A stretch of 60,533 bases of DNA from Hormoscilla sp. (GTDB lineage Bacteria; Cyanobacteriota; Cyanobacteriia; Cyanobacteriales; Desertifilaceae): assembly GCA_051439505.1 (NCBI GenBank), contig JBFRWI010000175.1, forward strand, positions 1 through 60,533. Reading direction: 5' to 3'. Below are positions 21,179 through 29,787 of this stretch, piece after piece. Every line of letters begins with the position of its first letter. Positions within the stretch are counted from its first letter, which is position 1. The position numbers and the translations under genes are program-made. The notes beneath the pieces are model-generated. The model made no database searches, was not told the DNA's origin, and worked only from the letters and a program-made list of their open reading frames with translations.

Positions 21179-21206
21179 TGTTCTGGTAATGCGGATTACC
21201 AGAACA
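21179..21206. other. Putative tyrosine-recombinase core site, copy 2
   Basis: Identical 28-mer in the same orientation, 136 bp downstream of copy 1. Confidence 0.6.
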
Positions 21207-21464
21207 ACACGCGACTGCTGCTGGGGGGAGGTGCGCAGGGTACGAAAGAACGCAGATTCACAGGTTGTACAAAAACAGGCAAAAACTGGCTCAAGCCTTA
21301 CAGAGAATGGGTTTTACAGGTTGTATGGATGGCAGAAGGCAAATAACAGAGCACGGTACGGTTTTGTGGAGTACCCGATACCTGTCGATGAGGTCGATGA
21401 GGGGAGTCGGCAGGTATCGAATTACGAAAAAGAAAACGCGACTCTTTGTTAGGTGTCTGTTTGG

Positions 21465-21983
21465 TCAAGAGCGGCGCCGCAGTCGGGATGCCACTAGCCC
21501 TGCGCCCAGCGATCCTAGGGCGATCGCACTGCTCGGTTCGTAGACGGCGGCACTCCCTTCTTCCCTCACAGCCACCCAATCTCTCCTTCCTGTTCCCGTT
21601 ACGAAATGCTCTCGCGTCCAAAGATTTATTTTCCCACTGACTTTAACAACCATACCCAAACTACAACAATCATCCCAACTACCATACCACCATTTCGGAA
21701 GAAAATAAAAACCTTTCCGATCTCTATAGAACTTCAGATCTTCCTGTCCGTACTTCGCACTCCACCCTGCAAAATCTTTCTCTAAGATTTCATCCCATAG
21801 ATCTTCCACTGTTTCGGCTTCCTCTGATGTTATCGTCCATGTCTCACTTAAACGACCGGAGGGGTCAAGGTATTTGAAAGTAGCTGCTAAGGCTGTCTCA
21901 ATACCTACTGTCGAAGCTAAAACTGCTGCTGTCGATGCGGCGGTAGCAGCGGCAATTAATTTTCTTTTACTTGTCCTGTTCAC
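21465..21983 (-). CDS. PEP-CTERM-like sorting-domain protein
   Basis: GTG start after GAGG; signal peptide ending ALA-ATF; C-terminus VYEPSSAIALGSLGAGLVASRLRRRS. Confidence 0.78.
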   Translation of the reverse strand: MNRTSKRKLIAAATAASTAAVLASTVGIETALAATFKYLDPSGRLSETWTITSEEAETVEDLWDEILEKDFAGWSAKYGQEDLKFYRDRKGFYFLPKWWYGSWDDCCSLGMVVKVSGKINLWTREHFVTGTGRRDWVAVREEGSAAVYEPSSAIALGSLGAGLVASRLRRRS

Positions 21984-22067
21984 TTTCTTAACCTCTCGAT
22001 TCTTTGTGTGAGGGAGAGGAGGAGAGATCCGATAAAGGTAGATCCTGTGGAAGTGATTTCGATTATG

Positions 22068-23202
22068 GGCGTTGCACATTGAGGGGATGATAGCAGCCAA
22101 TTTTTCAAATTTGCTAATGGCTAATTGCTAATTGAAAATAGTAAATCGATATTGGCGTTGCACATTTTCAGCGATGTAGGGTTAATGCCGATTATGATAA
22201 TCTGCAATTTGACAGTCAGAATTTATGTAGAGTATGATTAATTTTGTCTCAGTAGTCATAATTCGTGTTATCATGGAGCTAATGGTCAACTAATTAGATT
22301 GCATGAGTCGAACATGAAATGTCCCATGTGTGGTTCTGAAAACATCAATAAAAATGGTCACAGACGCGGCAAACAAAATTTAATTTGTAAGGATTGTCGC
22401 CGTCAGTTTCTCGAACATTATTCGACCCGCGGTTATTCAGACGATGTCAAGAAAAATTGTTTAACGATGTACGTTAATGGCAATGGATTTCGAGGTATTG
22501 AAAGGATCACTGGCGTCAGTCATAATACTCAAATTGATTGGGTAAAACAAGCAGCTAAAAATTTACCGGAAATTCCTAAAGACTACGAGATACCGGAGGT
22601 TGCAGAGATTGACGAGTTGCATACGTATGTAAATGAAAAAAAGAATAAAAAGTGGCTATGGACAGTCGTCAATCATTTTAAGCCAGGGATTATAACATGG
22701 GTATTAGGTGATCGGTCAGCCGAAACTTTTAAGCCATTGTGGGATATTATAAAATGTTGGCAATGCTTTTTCTACGTTACTGATGGATGGCCTGTATATC
22801 CAATGTTTATCGAAGATATTGACCACATAGTTAGCAAAACCTACATGACCCGTGTTGAAGGTGAAAATTGTCGATTAAGACATTATCTAGCTCGATTAAA
22901 AAGAAAAACATTATGTTACTCAAAGTCAGAAGAAATGTTACGGCTTTCAATTAAGTTATTATTGCACTATCTACGGTATGATTGCTGTACCTGTCCCTAG
23001 TTAAATCATCCCGGAATTGTGCAACCGATATATATGACTACAAATGACTATCTAAATTAGCCATTGACAATTAGCAATTAGCAGCCGGAATCATCCCGGA
23101 GTTTTGCAACGCCGATGAATCTTTTGTCAATTAGCAATTAGCAATTAGCAATTAGCAAAAAGGGAAAATATATCAACCATCATCCCCTCAATGTGCAACG
23201 CC
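22068..23202. mobile_element. Composite IS1-family element with nested ends
   Basis: Perfect 24-bp TIR GGCGTTGCACATTGAGGGGATGAT; 8-bp TSD CGATTATG at 22060-22067 and 23203-23210; further IS1-type ends at 22154, about 23004-23026 and about 23089-23113. Confidence 0.92.
22314..23000 (+). CDS. IS1 family transposase (InsA-InsB in one frame)
   Basis: Zn ribbon CPMCGS..CKDC, HTH, and DDE motifs EIDE / TDGW / RVEGENCRLRH. Confidence 0.93.
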   Translation: MKCPMCGSENINKNGHRRGKQNLICKDCRRQFLEHYSTRGYSDDVKKNCLTMYVNGNGFRGIERITGVSHNTQIDWVKQAAKNLPEIPKDYEIPEVAEIDELHTYVNEKKNKKWLWTVVNHFKPGIITWVLGDRSAETFKPLWDIIKCWQCFFYVTDGWPVYPMFIEDIDHIVSKTYMTRVEGENCRLRHYLARLKRKTLCYSKSEEMLRLSIKLLLHYLRYDCCTCP

Positions 23203-23285
23203 CGATTATGTTTAGTGTTCTCTGCCCTCTGTTCTGTTCTCTGCTCTGTTTATATTTGTCGCTCCCTCGGGTTTAATCGTTTTAT

Positions 23286-23404
23286 TAAGCTATGATGCAT
23301 TTAAGCTGCATATTCCCGGCCATTATGCCTGCAACGCTTATGGCGAGGGACCGCCGTAATTTGAGCGACAGCCCAAATATGCAGTTATGATGCGCTACAG
23401 CTTA
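23286..23404. mobile_element. Degenerate MITE
   Basis: Imperfect TIR TAAGCTATGATGCAT...CTGCATAT / ATATGCAG...ATGCGCTACAGCTTA. Confidence 0.55.
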
Positions 23405-23450
23405 TGCCTTACCTTAATTATATCGTAGTGTCAAGTTCCTATTTCCCTTC

Positions 23451-24030
23451 TTAACAATTCTTTATCTTTTTCCTAGCGGAGGAGTCGATTCTTGGTTGCC
23501 GTCGTCGCTTCCGGTCTTGGCTCAGTTCTAATCCAAATGGCCTTAGCTTAGAGGTTTTGGATTTGAATGTGGAGAATTTGATTCGCGTTAGGCCATCAAC
23601 TGAGCTAACGGAACTGTTCCAATCGCCCGGGTCGCCACCCAGGGCTTCAAAGGCTTGTTTCGCGGTCATCCATTCCGGAAAATCGGAAGGCGATCGCGGT
23701 GATGGTGCTGGTGGTGAGGCAGTTTTGGTTAGGGACTGTTCGGGGCGATCAGACTCTGTTCGATCGCGATCGGGCTGTGTCGGTGCCGGTGTTTTTTCAG
23801 GGCAGGGCAGGACTGTTCGGGGCGATCAGACTCTGTTCGATCGCGATCGGGCTGTGTCGGTGCCGGTGTTTCCGCAGTTGCAGGGTGGGGATAATCGCGA
23901 TCGGGCCGCAGATCGGAAACCAGTGCAGTGGACTGTGGCGGCGATCCTTGTGCCGGTGCATAGGCAGTCTCAGAGTGTGATTCTTTGGGCGATCGAGCTG
24001 ATTCCCCCTTGTTTTGGTTATTAGCTGCGC
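23451..24030 (-). pseudogene. Gene remnant with a frameshifting 77-bp-period tandem duplication
   Basis: TPAPTQPDRDRTESDRPEQS is encoded twice, in different frames (units at 23733 and 23810). The downstream copy is in frame with DFPEWMTAKQAFEALGG. Confidence 0.45.
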
Positions 24031-24334
24031 CCCCCGCCCACCAGCCTGGTGTTATAGATCTGCACCAAGCCATGCATGCAGCTGCTCGCTACGCAACTGC
24101 TTTCTGTAACCGCCGCTGCACGGGATTCACATCATGTCCGATTATCATCGCGAGCTGATTACACTCTGTAGCAGTGCATCGCTCTCGCACATAATTTCTT
24201 GAGCTTTGCCCATTCGATTACGGAGTTCCACGAACGCCAGCCCAGATCATTCTAAGTAAGTAGAAAGCATTATACGATGCGTTACGCTGCCGCTAACGTA
24301 GCCTACAAGACATTCGATCGCACTAGAATTTGCC

Positions 24335-24392
24335 TTCTAACGACCAAACTCAGCGGACGGCTAACGCCGTCCGCTGGAGTGATTTGTTGTGA
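24335..24392 (-). other. Integron attC recombination site (59-base-element type)
   Basis: Minus strand: TCACAAC-AAATC-ACTCCAGC-GGACGGC GTTA GCCGTCC-GCTGAGT-TTGGTC-GTTAGAA, i.e. R''-L''...L'-R', 58 bp, 61 bp after the stop of a co-oriented gene. Confidence 0.8.
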
Positions 24393-24453
24393 GACTTGTC
24401 ATTAAACTCCCAATAGGGGGGGCTTCCCGCTGTTACGAATTGGGGGATGCCAA

Positions 24454-25932
24454 TCAGATCGGCAGGGAATATTGATGCACCTCGCCCAGACCAGCGGTGA
24501 AGTAATCGTCAACCTGCTGGCTGGAGGAGGTTACCGCCTGAACGACTGGCTCGTTATAGAGATCGAGGTATTGATTGGCTGGGCTAGAGGCATCGCCAGT
24601 ATAGGTAACGCCGCCGGGGTTTTCGGTGCTCTCGGGGTTCACATAGCCGCTGGGTCCGGCATCGGTTGTACGATAGGCCAACTGGCTATGACTAAAGTAG
24701 GGAGTGCCGTCAGCCCCTTCAGACCGGGTTTGGGCCGAGGCAGTATAAACCCCGGTGATGACCTGTTTGGTGGTACCGCTGCTGGCTTCGCCGTTTTTGG
24801 TGATGACCGGTTGGCCGTCGCTGTTATATTGATCTAGGATATAATCGCAGCCGTCGGCGTTAAAAATCGCTCCGCTGCTCCCACCAGCGATGCTATAGTT
24901 TAGAAGTTGCATGCCGCCCGAGGGCACAAGCTGGATATCGAGTGGGCTGTTGCCAGTCATATCCACTGTACGGCGCAACCGTTGCAGCCGGTGGTCGAGA
25001 CAGATTTCTACTCCCAGTTCGACGTTCTTATCATCAGAGACAATAGGCATGCGAGCACCGGGTTTTCGGTAGATGCCAGTGCCTGTTCCCTGATTGTCGC
25101 CGTTTATGATGCTGACGGGGGGGTAATTGGCCAGCCATTCGGTAATCTGCCCACCGGTATCAATTTCGCCGTTCTGGAGTACGCCCAAAGTTAGATCGAC
25201 AGTGGATTCCGCCTGTTTTTCAATTGAATAGCGCAGGATTTCGCCAGTGGAGCCGCCATTGTAGACGAAAATACCGGCACGGTTGCGCACGGTACAAAGC
25301 GGGTTCTGGCGATATGCGTTCACCAATGCGTTGAACTCATCATAATGGGTGCTGGGTTGGGGCTCGGCCCCAAGCGACTTGAGACGCATCAGACCGATGT
25401 GCGATGTTAGCACGGGCACTGCGTTTTGATGCGTCGCACGGGTGTAAGCCGCATTCAGCGTGGTCAAACGTTTTTGGACTTCTGCCCCGGTCAGGAAGTG
25501 CGCGATGTCGGTGACATGGGTGGTCAAGACGCCACCAGTGCAGATTACCCAATCACTGCCAGCATCGGAAGAATCAAGAAGGGTATCTTTCAAACGTTTG
25601 GCGAACTGGCTCATAAGATATTCAAAGGCCGATTGATCGTCGATCGTCAGGCCGGGGTAGGGGCCGTGGGCGCTGTGGAAATAGAACTCTGGCACTACAA
25701 AATAGCGCACCCAGTTGTTGCAATTGGCGGTGCTGGCGATCGCTACTTTTAGAGCTTCAATAAACATATCGATCCGAAAATCGATATCGCGTTGCATGTC
25801 CTGTGCATTAGTAATTGCCTGGCCAGGCCATGCCGCAGCAACCCAGTTCCCAATCGTAACAGGATTGCGGTAGGCCGTGTACAAGGACCAGGCGAAAAAG
25901 TTATTTTTTGTAATATCGGTTCTGTTAGTCAC
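24454..25932 (-). CDS. Carbon-nitrogen hydrolase (nitrilase)-fold-like hypothetical protein; probable gene cassette
   Basis: FVVPEFYF, EK and GVEICLDH suggest an E-K-C triad; GTG start at 25932 after AAGGAG. Confidence 0.7.
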   Translation of the reverse strand: MTNRTDITKNNFFAWSLYTAYRNPVTIGNWVAAAWPGQAITNAQDMQRDIDFRIDMFIEALKVAIASTANCNNWVRYFVVPEFYFHSAHGPYPGLTIDDQSAFEYLMSQFAKRLKDTLLDSSDAGSDWVICTGGVLTTHVTDIAHFLTGAEVQKRLTTLNAAYTRATHQNAVPVLTSHIGLMRLKSLGAEPQPSTHYDEFNALVNAYRQNPLCTVRNRAGIFVYNGGSTGEILRYSIEKQAESTVDLTLGVLQNGEIDTGGQITEWLANYPPVSIINGDNQGTGTGIYRKPGARMPIVSDDKNVELGVEICLDHRLQRLRRTVDMTGNSPLDIQLVPSGGMQLLNYSIAGGSSGAIFNADGCDYILDQYNSDGQPVITKNGEASSGTTKQVITGVYTASAQTRSEGADGTPYFSHSQLAYRTTDAGPSGYVNPESTENPGGVTYTGDASSPANQYLDLYNEPVVQAVTSSSQQVDDYFTAGLGEVHQYSLPI

Positions 25933-26074
25933 GTTTAGACTCCTTCTAAAAGACTCGTTATCATGAATATAGCGAAATAGAGTACAGGTGGCATTAACGC
26001 CCTTTTCCACTGACCGATATACGTCGGGTAAAGGAGGAAGGTTTTAAATTATGAACGAAGCCCCATCAAGGCGT

Positions 26075-26188
26075 AGTAGTTACCCCACATTTTCCTACTG
26101 CCTTGCAGATCCTTGTGCCATTCAGGTAACGGTCTTCAGGGCGCTGAGACACATCCAGCCCGTTAACGTCATGCATGATATTATTCAT
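26075..26188 (-). pseudogene. KilA-N domain fragment
   Basis: MNNIMHDVNGLDVSQRPEDRYLNGTRICKAVGK, then a frameshift to MWGNYY, resembling KilA-N (QR..DGY.NAT.MC.A.GK.W..Y). Confidence 0.55.
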
Positions 26189-26323
26189 TTATTTTGCAAG
26201 CATGTCAGCTGCGATCGCACACTTGTAGTTGACATGCTTGGCGTTGTGCTGGTAATCGAGATTGCCAGCAACATTGGGCTAAAACTCTCTCTATGCGGCA
26301 ATTACGGCAATAGGCAATGATCT

Positions 26324-26351
26324 TGTTCTGGCAATGCGGATGACCAGAACA
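26324..26351. other. Putative tyrosine-recombinase core site, copy 3 (two substitutions)
   Basis: TGTTCTGGCAA-TGCGGA-TGACCAGAACA; same spacer and orientation as copies 1 and 2. Confidence 0.55.
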
Positions 26352-26444
26352 AGATCGCCATAATTCCCATGCAGCCGCAGTTTCAGCTATTTTCTGAGGA
26401 TATTCTGCTAACTGCTCATTCAGTGTGCGATCGCACTGGTCCCC

Positions 26445-26774
26445 TTACCACTCATCCGGTCGCTTCTCAATACCGAAATTCTCAGAACTGCGCAGTTTCG
26501 GGAAACAATAGAAAGTATTTCCCTGTTCATCCACCTGTGGAAAAGCCCCAAAAATTTGCACTTGTTGTTCCAAGAACTTCCGAGCAACTAGAGCATCCAT
26601 TCTCGCCGCCGCAGCTAGCCCAATGAGAGAAATCTCCCCATTTTGCTCTTCTAATAGCTGATAGAAAGCATTTTGCAATTGTCGCTGGCGCTGACCATTT
26701 TGGATAGTATTGAGGACATACAGACCGACAAGGGAACTCAGGGAGATGACAAAAGCAATTTCCAGAATGGCCAT
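26445..26774 (-). CDS. Hypothetical membrane-anchored protein
   Basis: N-terminal TM, then FYQLL...GEISL..LA..A...A..FL......FGA...VDEQG...Y.FP. Confidence 0.75.
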   Translation of the reverse strand: MAILEIAFVISLSSLVGLYVLNTIQNGQRQRQLQNAFYQLLEEQNGEISLIGLAAAARMDALVARKFLEQQVQIFGAFPQVDEQGNTFYCFPKLRSSENFGIEKRPDEW

Positions 26775-26808
26775 AACACAATCAACCTTCCTACATTTTC
26801 CAGAGTGC

Positions 26809-27948
26809 TTACGCTTTCTGGGGTTGCACTAAATTAGAAGCTCCTTCGATCACTTTAGCCAACTCAATTACATCTCCCTGGGTCAGCTTTTCTAGCACCT
26901 CGCGGCCTTCTGTCACATAGCCAAAGGCAGCATAGCGACCATCCAACAGGTTGACGCCTGGTGGTGTGAGATCCGTGTTAAACAGGAAGAAGAAAAACTG
27001 AGAAGAACCCCCATTGAGATTTTCATCAGGACGAGCCATCCCGAGGGTACCATAGGCTGCGAAGGGTAGCACTGGATGTTCGCGATACATACCGGCTTCT
27101 TCTAGGGTAATACCATAGATTGGTTCTGGCTCACCTGGGACTGCGATCTCTAAGGGAATAGTCCGGTATTCCCCTGTCTCGGGGTCTATGAAACCGTCTT
27201 CTGGGCCGGGAGGATCTCCCACTTGCGCTACGTATGAGTCCTCTACCCGCGTAAATTCTAGACCGTCATAAAACTCGCGCTGTACCAGATCCACAAAATT
27301 ACCAGCCGTAACTGGGGCGTTGTAACCGTCTAGCTCTACTGTAATCTTGCCCTTGTTGGTGGCGATCGCCACCGTGGCCCGACCTAACAGTTGCGGTAGG
27401 TTGCCGTACTCCGATGGTACCTCAAAGGTCATCCCCCGGACCATCAACTGTTCTAGCTGCCCGACCAACTCCAGCAGTTCGTCTCTGACAGTCTGGACCT
27501 GTTCTTTATCTTCAACTTCAGCAGCTTCTCTCAGAGAGGGCAGTCCCGACTTGATCTGGGCTATGATTGATTCTGCTTCAGGGACGCGATCGTCGGGCAC
27601 TGACGAGAGCAGTCGTGACTGGCTAAGGTTGGTGGTGGTCTGTACCTTAGTGATGTTTCTGGTGATGTCATTCCAACGCTTGCCCCGCAGTGCTGTGGAG
27701 ATGCTTTCCAAATTGGCTTGCATTTCCCGCACTGGTTGATTGTCAATTGGCAGGCCATACCGCAATAGGGCTTTGCCATCGGTAATGGCGTCCCCAGAGG
27801 GTAAGAGGGTCTGCTGGGAGGATTTGACGCCCCCAAAGTTACCACTACAAGCGTCCAGTCCGAGAAAGAGGGTAAACAGCAGCATTGCTAAGATGCCTGG
27901 TTTCAGCCAGCGCTGCCATCGGTTAGTTCTTGACTTGCTTAGTTCCAT
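26809..27948 (-). CDS. Cyclophilin-type peptidyl-prolyl isomerase (TLP40/CYP38-like)
   Basis: DGYNAPVTAGNFVDLV...FYDGL, GMAR..ENLNGGSSQFFFF, LDGRYAAFGYV; divergent from efp. Start is at 27948 or 27999. Confidence 0.93.
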   Translation of the reverse strand: MELSKSRTNRWQRWLKPGILAMLLFTLFLGLDACSGNFGGVKSSQQTLLPSGDAITDGKALLRYGLPIDNQPVREMQANLESISTALRGKRWNDITRNITKVQTTTNLSQSRLLSSVPDDRVPEAESIIAQIKSGLPSLREAAEVEDKEQVQTVRDELLELVGQLEQLMVRGMTFEVPSEYGNLPQLLGRATVAIATNKGKITVELDGYNAPVTAGNFVDLVQREFYDGLEFTRVEDSYVAQVGDPPGPEDGFIDPETGEYRTIPLEIAVPGEPEPIYGITLEEAGMYREHPVLPFAAYGTLGMARPDENLNGGSSQFFFFLFNTDLTPPGVNLLDGRYAAFGYVTEGREVLEKLTQGDVIELAKVIEGASNLVQPQKA

Positions 27949-28049
27949 AAATTCGATCTGCCTGTCTTCGCTTAAATTTGCCCTGGGCAACAAACCCATG
28001 TTTCATCTTGCCATAGGCATGTCCCACCACAGCAACGTCGGAGGAAATC

Positions 28050-28201
28050 GGGTGTGGTCATGCATTTGTTGTAAAGGATCCCCCCCAAACCCCCCCTTCC
28101 AAAGGGGGGGCTTTCCGGAAGCCCCCCTTTTTAAGGGGGGTTTGGGGGGATCCGACGACTGGGAGGGTCACCCGTTAGATCGACGGGTTTTGACCACACC
28201 C
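28050..28201. mobile_element. MITE family B with an internal CCCCCC..AAGGGGGG REP
   Basis: GGGTGTGGTCA / TGACCACACCC ends; 9-bp TSD GAGGAAATC at 28041-28049 and 28202-28210. Confidence 0.85.
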
Positions 28202-28357
28202 GAGGAAATCTCACCATCTCCAGACGCCAGTCCCCGATCGGGTGGCGGTTCGACGAAGCTACCGCAAGTAGGCGTGAATTTTTTTTGCCCCTTGTATAGA
28301 GTTGGTACCCGCGTCGGGTTACAATAAGGAGCCGAATATTGCTCCCCCTCCAGATTC

Positions 28358-28918
28358 ATGATCTCCAGTAATGATTTTAGAACCGGCGTCACGATTGAAC
28401 TAGATGGCAGCGTCTGGCGGGTGCAGGAATTCCTGCATGTCAAGCCAGGTAAGGGATCTGCCTTTGTGCGCACGAAGCTGAAAAACGCCCAGACAGGTAA
28501 TGTGATCGAACGTACTTTCCGGGCTGGGGAAACGGTTCGGCAAGCCAATCTGGAAAAGAATACGATGCAGCATACCTATCTAGACGGCGAGCAGTTTGTC
28601 TTTATGGATATGGAAACTTATGAAGAGAGTCGTCTGAACCCAGAACAGATCGGCGATCGGGCAAAGTACCTCAAAGAAGGTATGGAAGTTAATGTCTTGA
28701 CTTGGAACGACCGGGTGCTGGAAGTGGAACTGCCTAACTCGGTAGTGCTAGAAGTGACTGATACCGATCCAGGGGTCAAGGGCGATACGGCCACTGGCGG
28801 GACGAAACCCGCTACGGTGGAAACCGGTGCTCAAGTCATGGTGCCCCTGTTTATTTCCGTGGGAGAGAAGATCAAAATCGATACCCGCAACGATAGCTAC
28901 CTAGGTCGAGAAAACTAG
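28358..28918 (+). CDS. efp: Elongation factor P
   Basis: [15 protein letters not shown] and [15 protein letters not shown]. Confidence 0.98.
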   Translation: MISSNDFRTGVTIELDGSVWRVQEFLHVKPGKGSAFVRTKLKNAQTGNVIERTFRAGETVRQANLEKNTMQHTYLDGEQFVFMDMETYEESRLNPEQIGDRAKYLKEGMEVNVLTWNDRVLEVELPNSVVLEVTDTDPGVKGDTATGGTKPATVETGAQVMVPLFISVGEKIKIDTRNDSYLGREN

Positions 28919-28923
28919 CTTTT

Positions 28924-28960
28924 TTGACAATTGACAATTGACAATTATCAATTATCAATT
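28924..28960. repeat. STRR heptamers (TTGACAA / TTATCAA); also at 29533-29580 and 29768-29806
   Basis: Tandem 7-mers in intergenic regions. Confidence 0.75.
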
Positions 28961-29002
28961 AGCTATGAGATAATGATAATCAATTAATTACGGGAAAAAG
29001 CT

Positions 29003-29533
29003 GTGGAACTGAACTTTAACGAACTCCGCGAACTGATCGCCGCATTGGATGGAACTGACATTGCGGAGTTGACGTTAAAGGGTGCTGATTTTGAACTCAC
29101 GCTGCGGAAGGGTACGGCGATCGGTAGCTGCTACGCAGCCGCTGCGCTAACGGAGACCGGTGATGCTGCGGTGACGGGAGAGCAACCGGTGAGGCTACCC
29201 GCTCCACCCAGACCCAGCGATGGTGGTGTAGAAACAGCCCCCAAAGCAATAGAAGGGGCTAGACCCCCAGCTACACTGACAGATAAAAAATGGGCAGAGA
29301 TTAAGTCCCCCATGGTGGGAACTTTTTATCGAGCACCGGCACCGGGAGAAGCGCCCTTTGTACAGGTGGGCGATCGCGTTAATGCAGGTCAAGTGGTCTG
29401 CATAATAGAGGCGATGAAGCTGATGAACGAAATAGAAGCGGAGGTATCGGGAAAGTTGATGGAAATTATGGTTGAAAATGGAGAACCTGTAGATTATGAT
29501 AAACCACTGATGCGCATTGATCCCTTAGCTTAA
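29003..29533 (+). CDS. accB: Acetyl-CoA carboxylase biotin carboxyl carrier protein
   Basis: [11 protein letters not shown] and [11 protein letters not shown] (biotinylated Lys); follows efp. Confidence 0.97.
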   Translation: MELNFNELRELIAALDGTDIAELTLKGADFELTLRKGTAIGSCYAAAALTETGDAAVTGEQPVRLPAPPRPSDGGVETAPKAIEGARPPATLTDKKWAEIKSPMVGTFYRAPAPGEAPFVQVGDRVNAGQVVCIIEAMKLMNEIEAEVSGKLMEIMVENGEPVDYDKPLMRIDPLA

Positions 29534-29581
29534 TTGACAATTGACAATTGGGTTAATTGACAATTGTCAATTGACAATTAT

Positions 29582-29766
29582 GGGTCTTCGGTACCTGGGT
29601 TTCTAAATTGATAGTTGAAAACGACTAAACCCCTTGCAGTGTAAGGCTTTGGGTAATTTCTTAAGTCATTTTACCTTCATTTGGGATTCTCAGTGGCTCT
29701 CAGCCTTGCTGCGCAAGGTTTACAACCTTTTTTGTAACAAAATACCCAACTAAGTACCGAAGAGCC
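29582..29766. mobile_element. ISL3-like MITE
   Basis: Ends GGGTCTTCGGTAC / GTACCGAAGAGCC; 8-bp TSD ACAATTAT at 29574-29581 and 29767-29774. Confidence 0.78.
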
Positions 29767-29787
29767 ACAATTATCAATTATCAATTA

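Noticed and set aside
21043..21206. Repeated 28-bp palindromes as a CRISPR array
   Set aside because: Only two adjacent copies with a 108-bp gap, no regular spacers and no cas genes; the 11-6-11 form fits a recombinase site better.
20631..21640. Several short overlapping ORFs after rpoC2
   Set aside because: They translate REP, MITE and palindrome DNA or the antisense of the PEP-CTERM gene, with no protein motifs.
27740..28327. 195-aa ORF
   Set aside because: Built from cyclophilin antisense sequence and MITE sequence.
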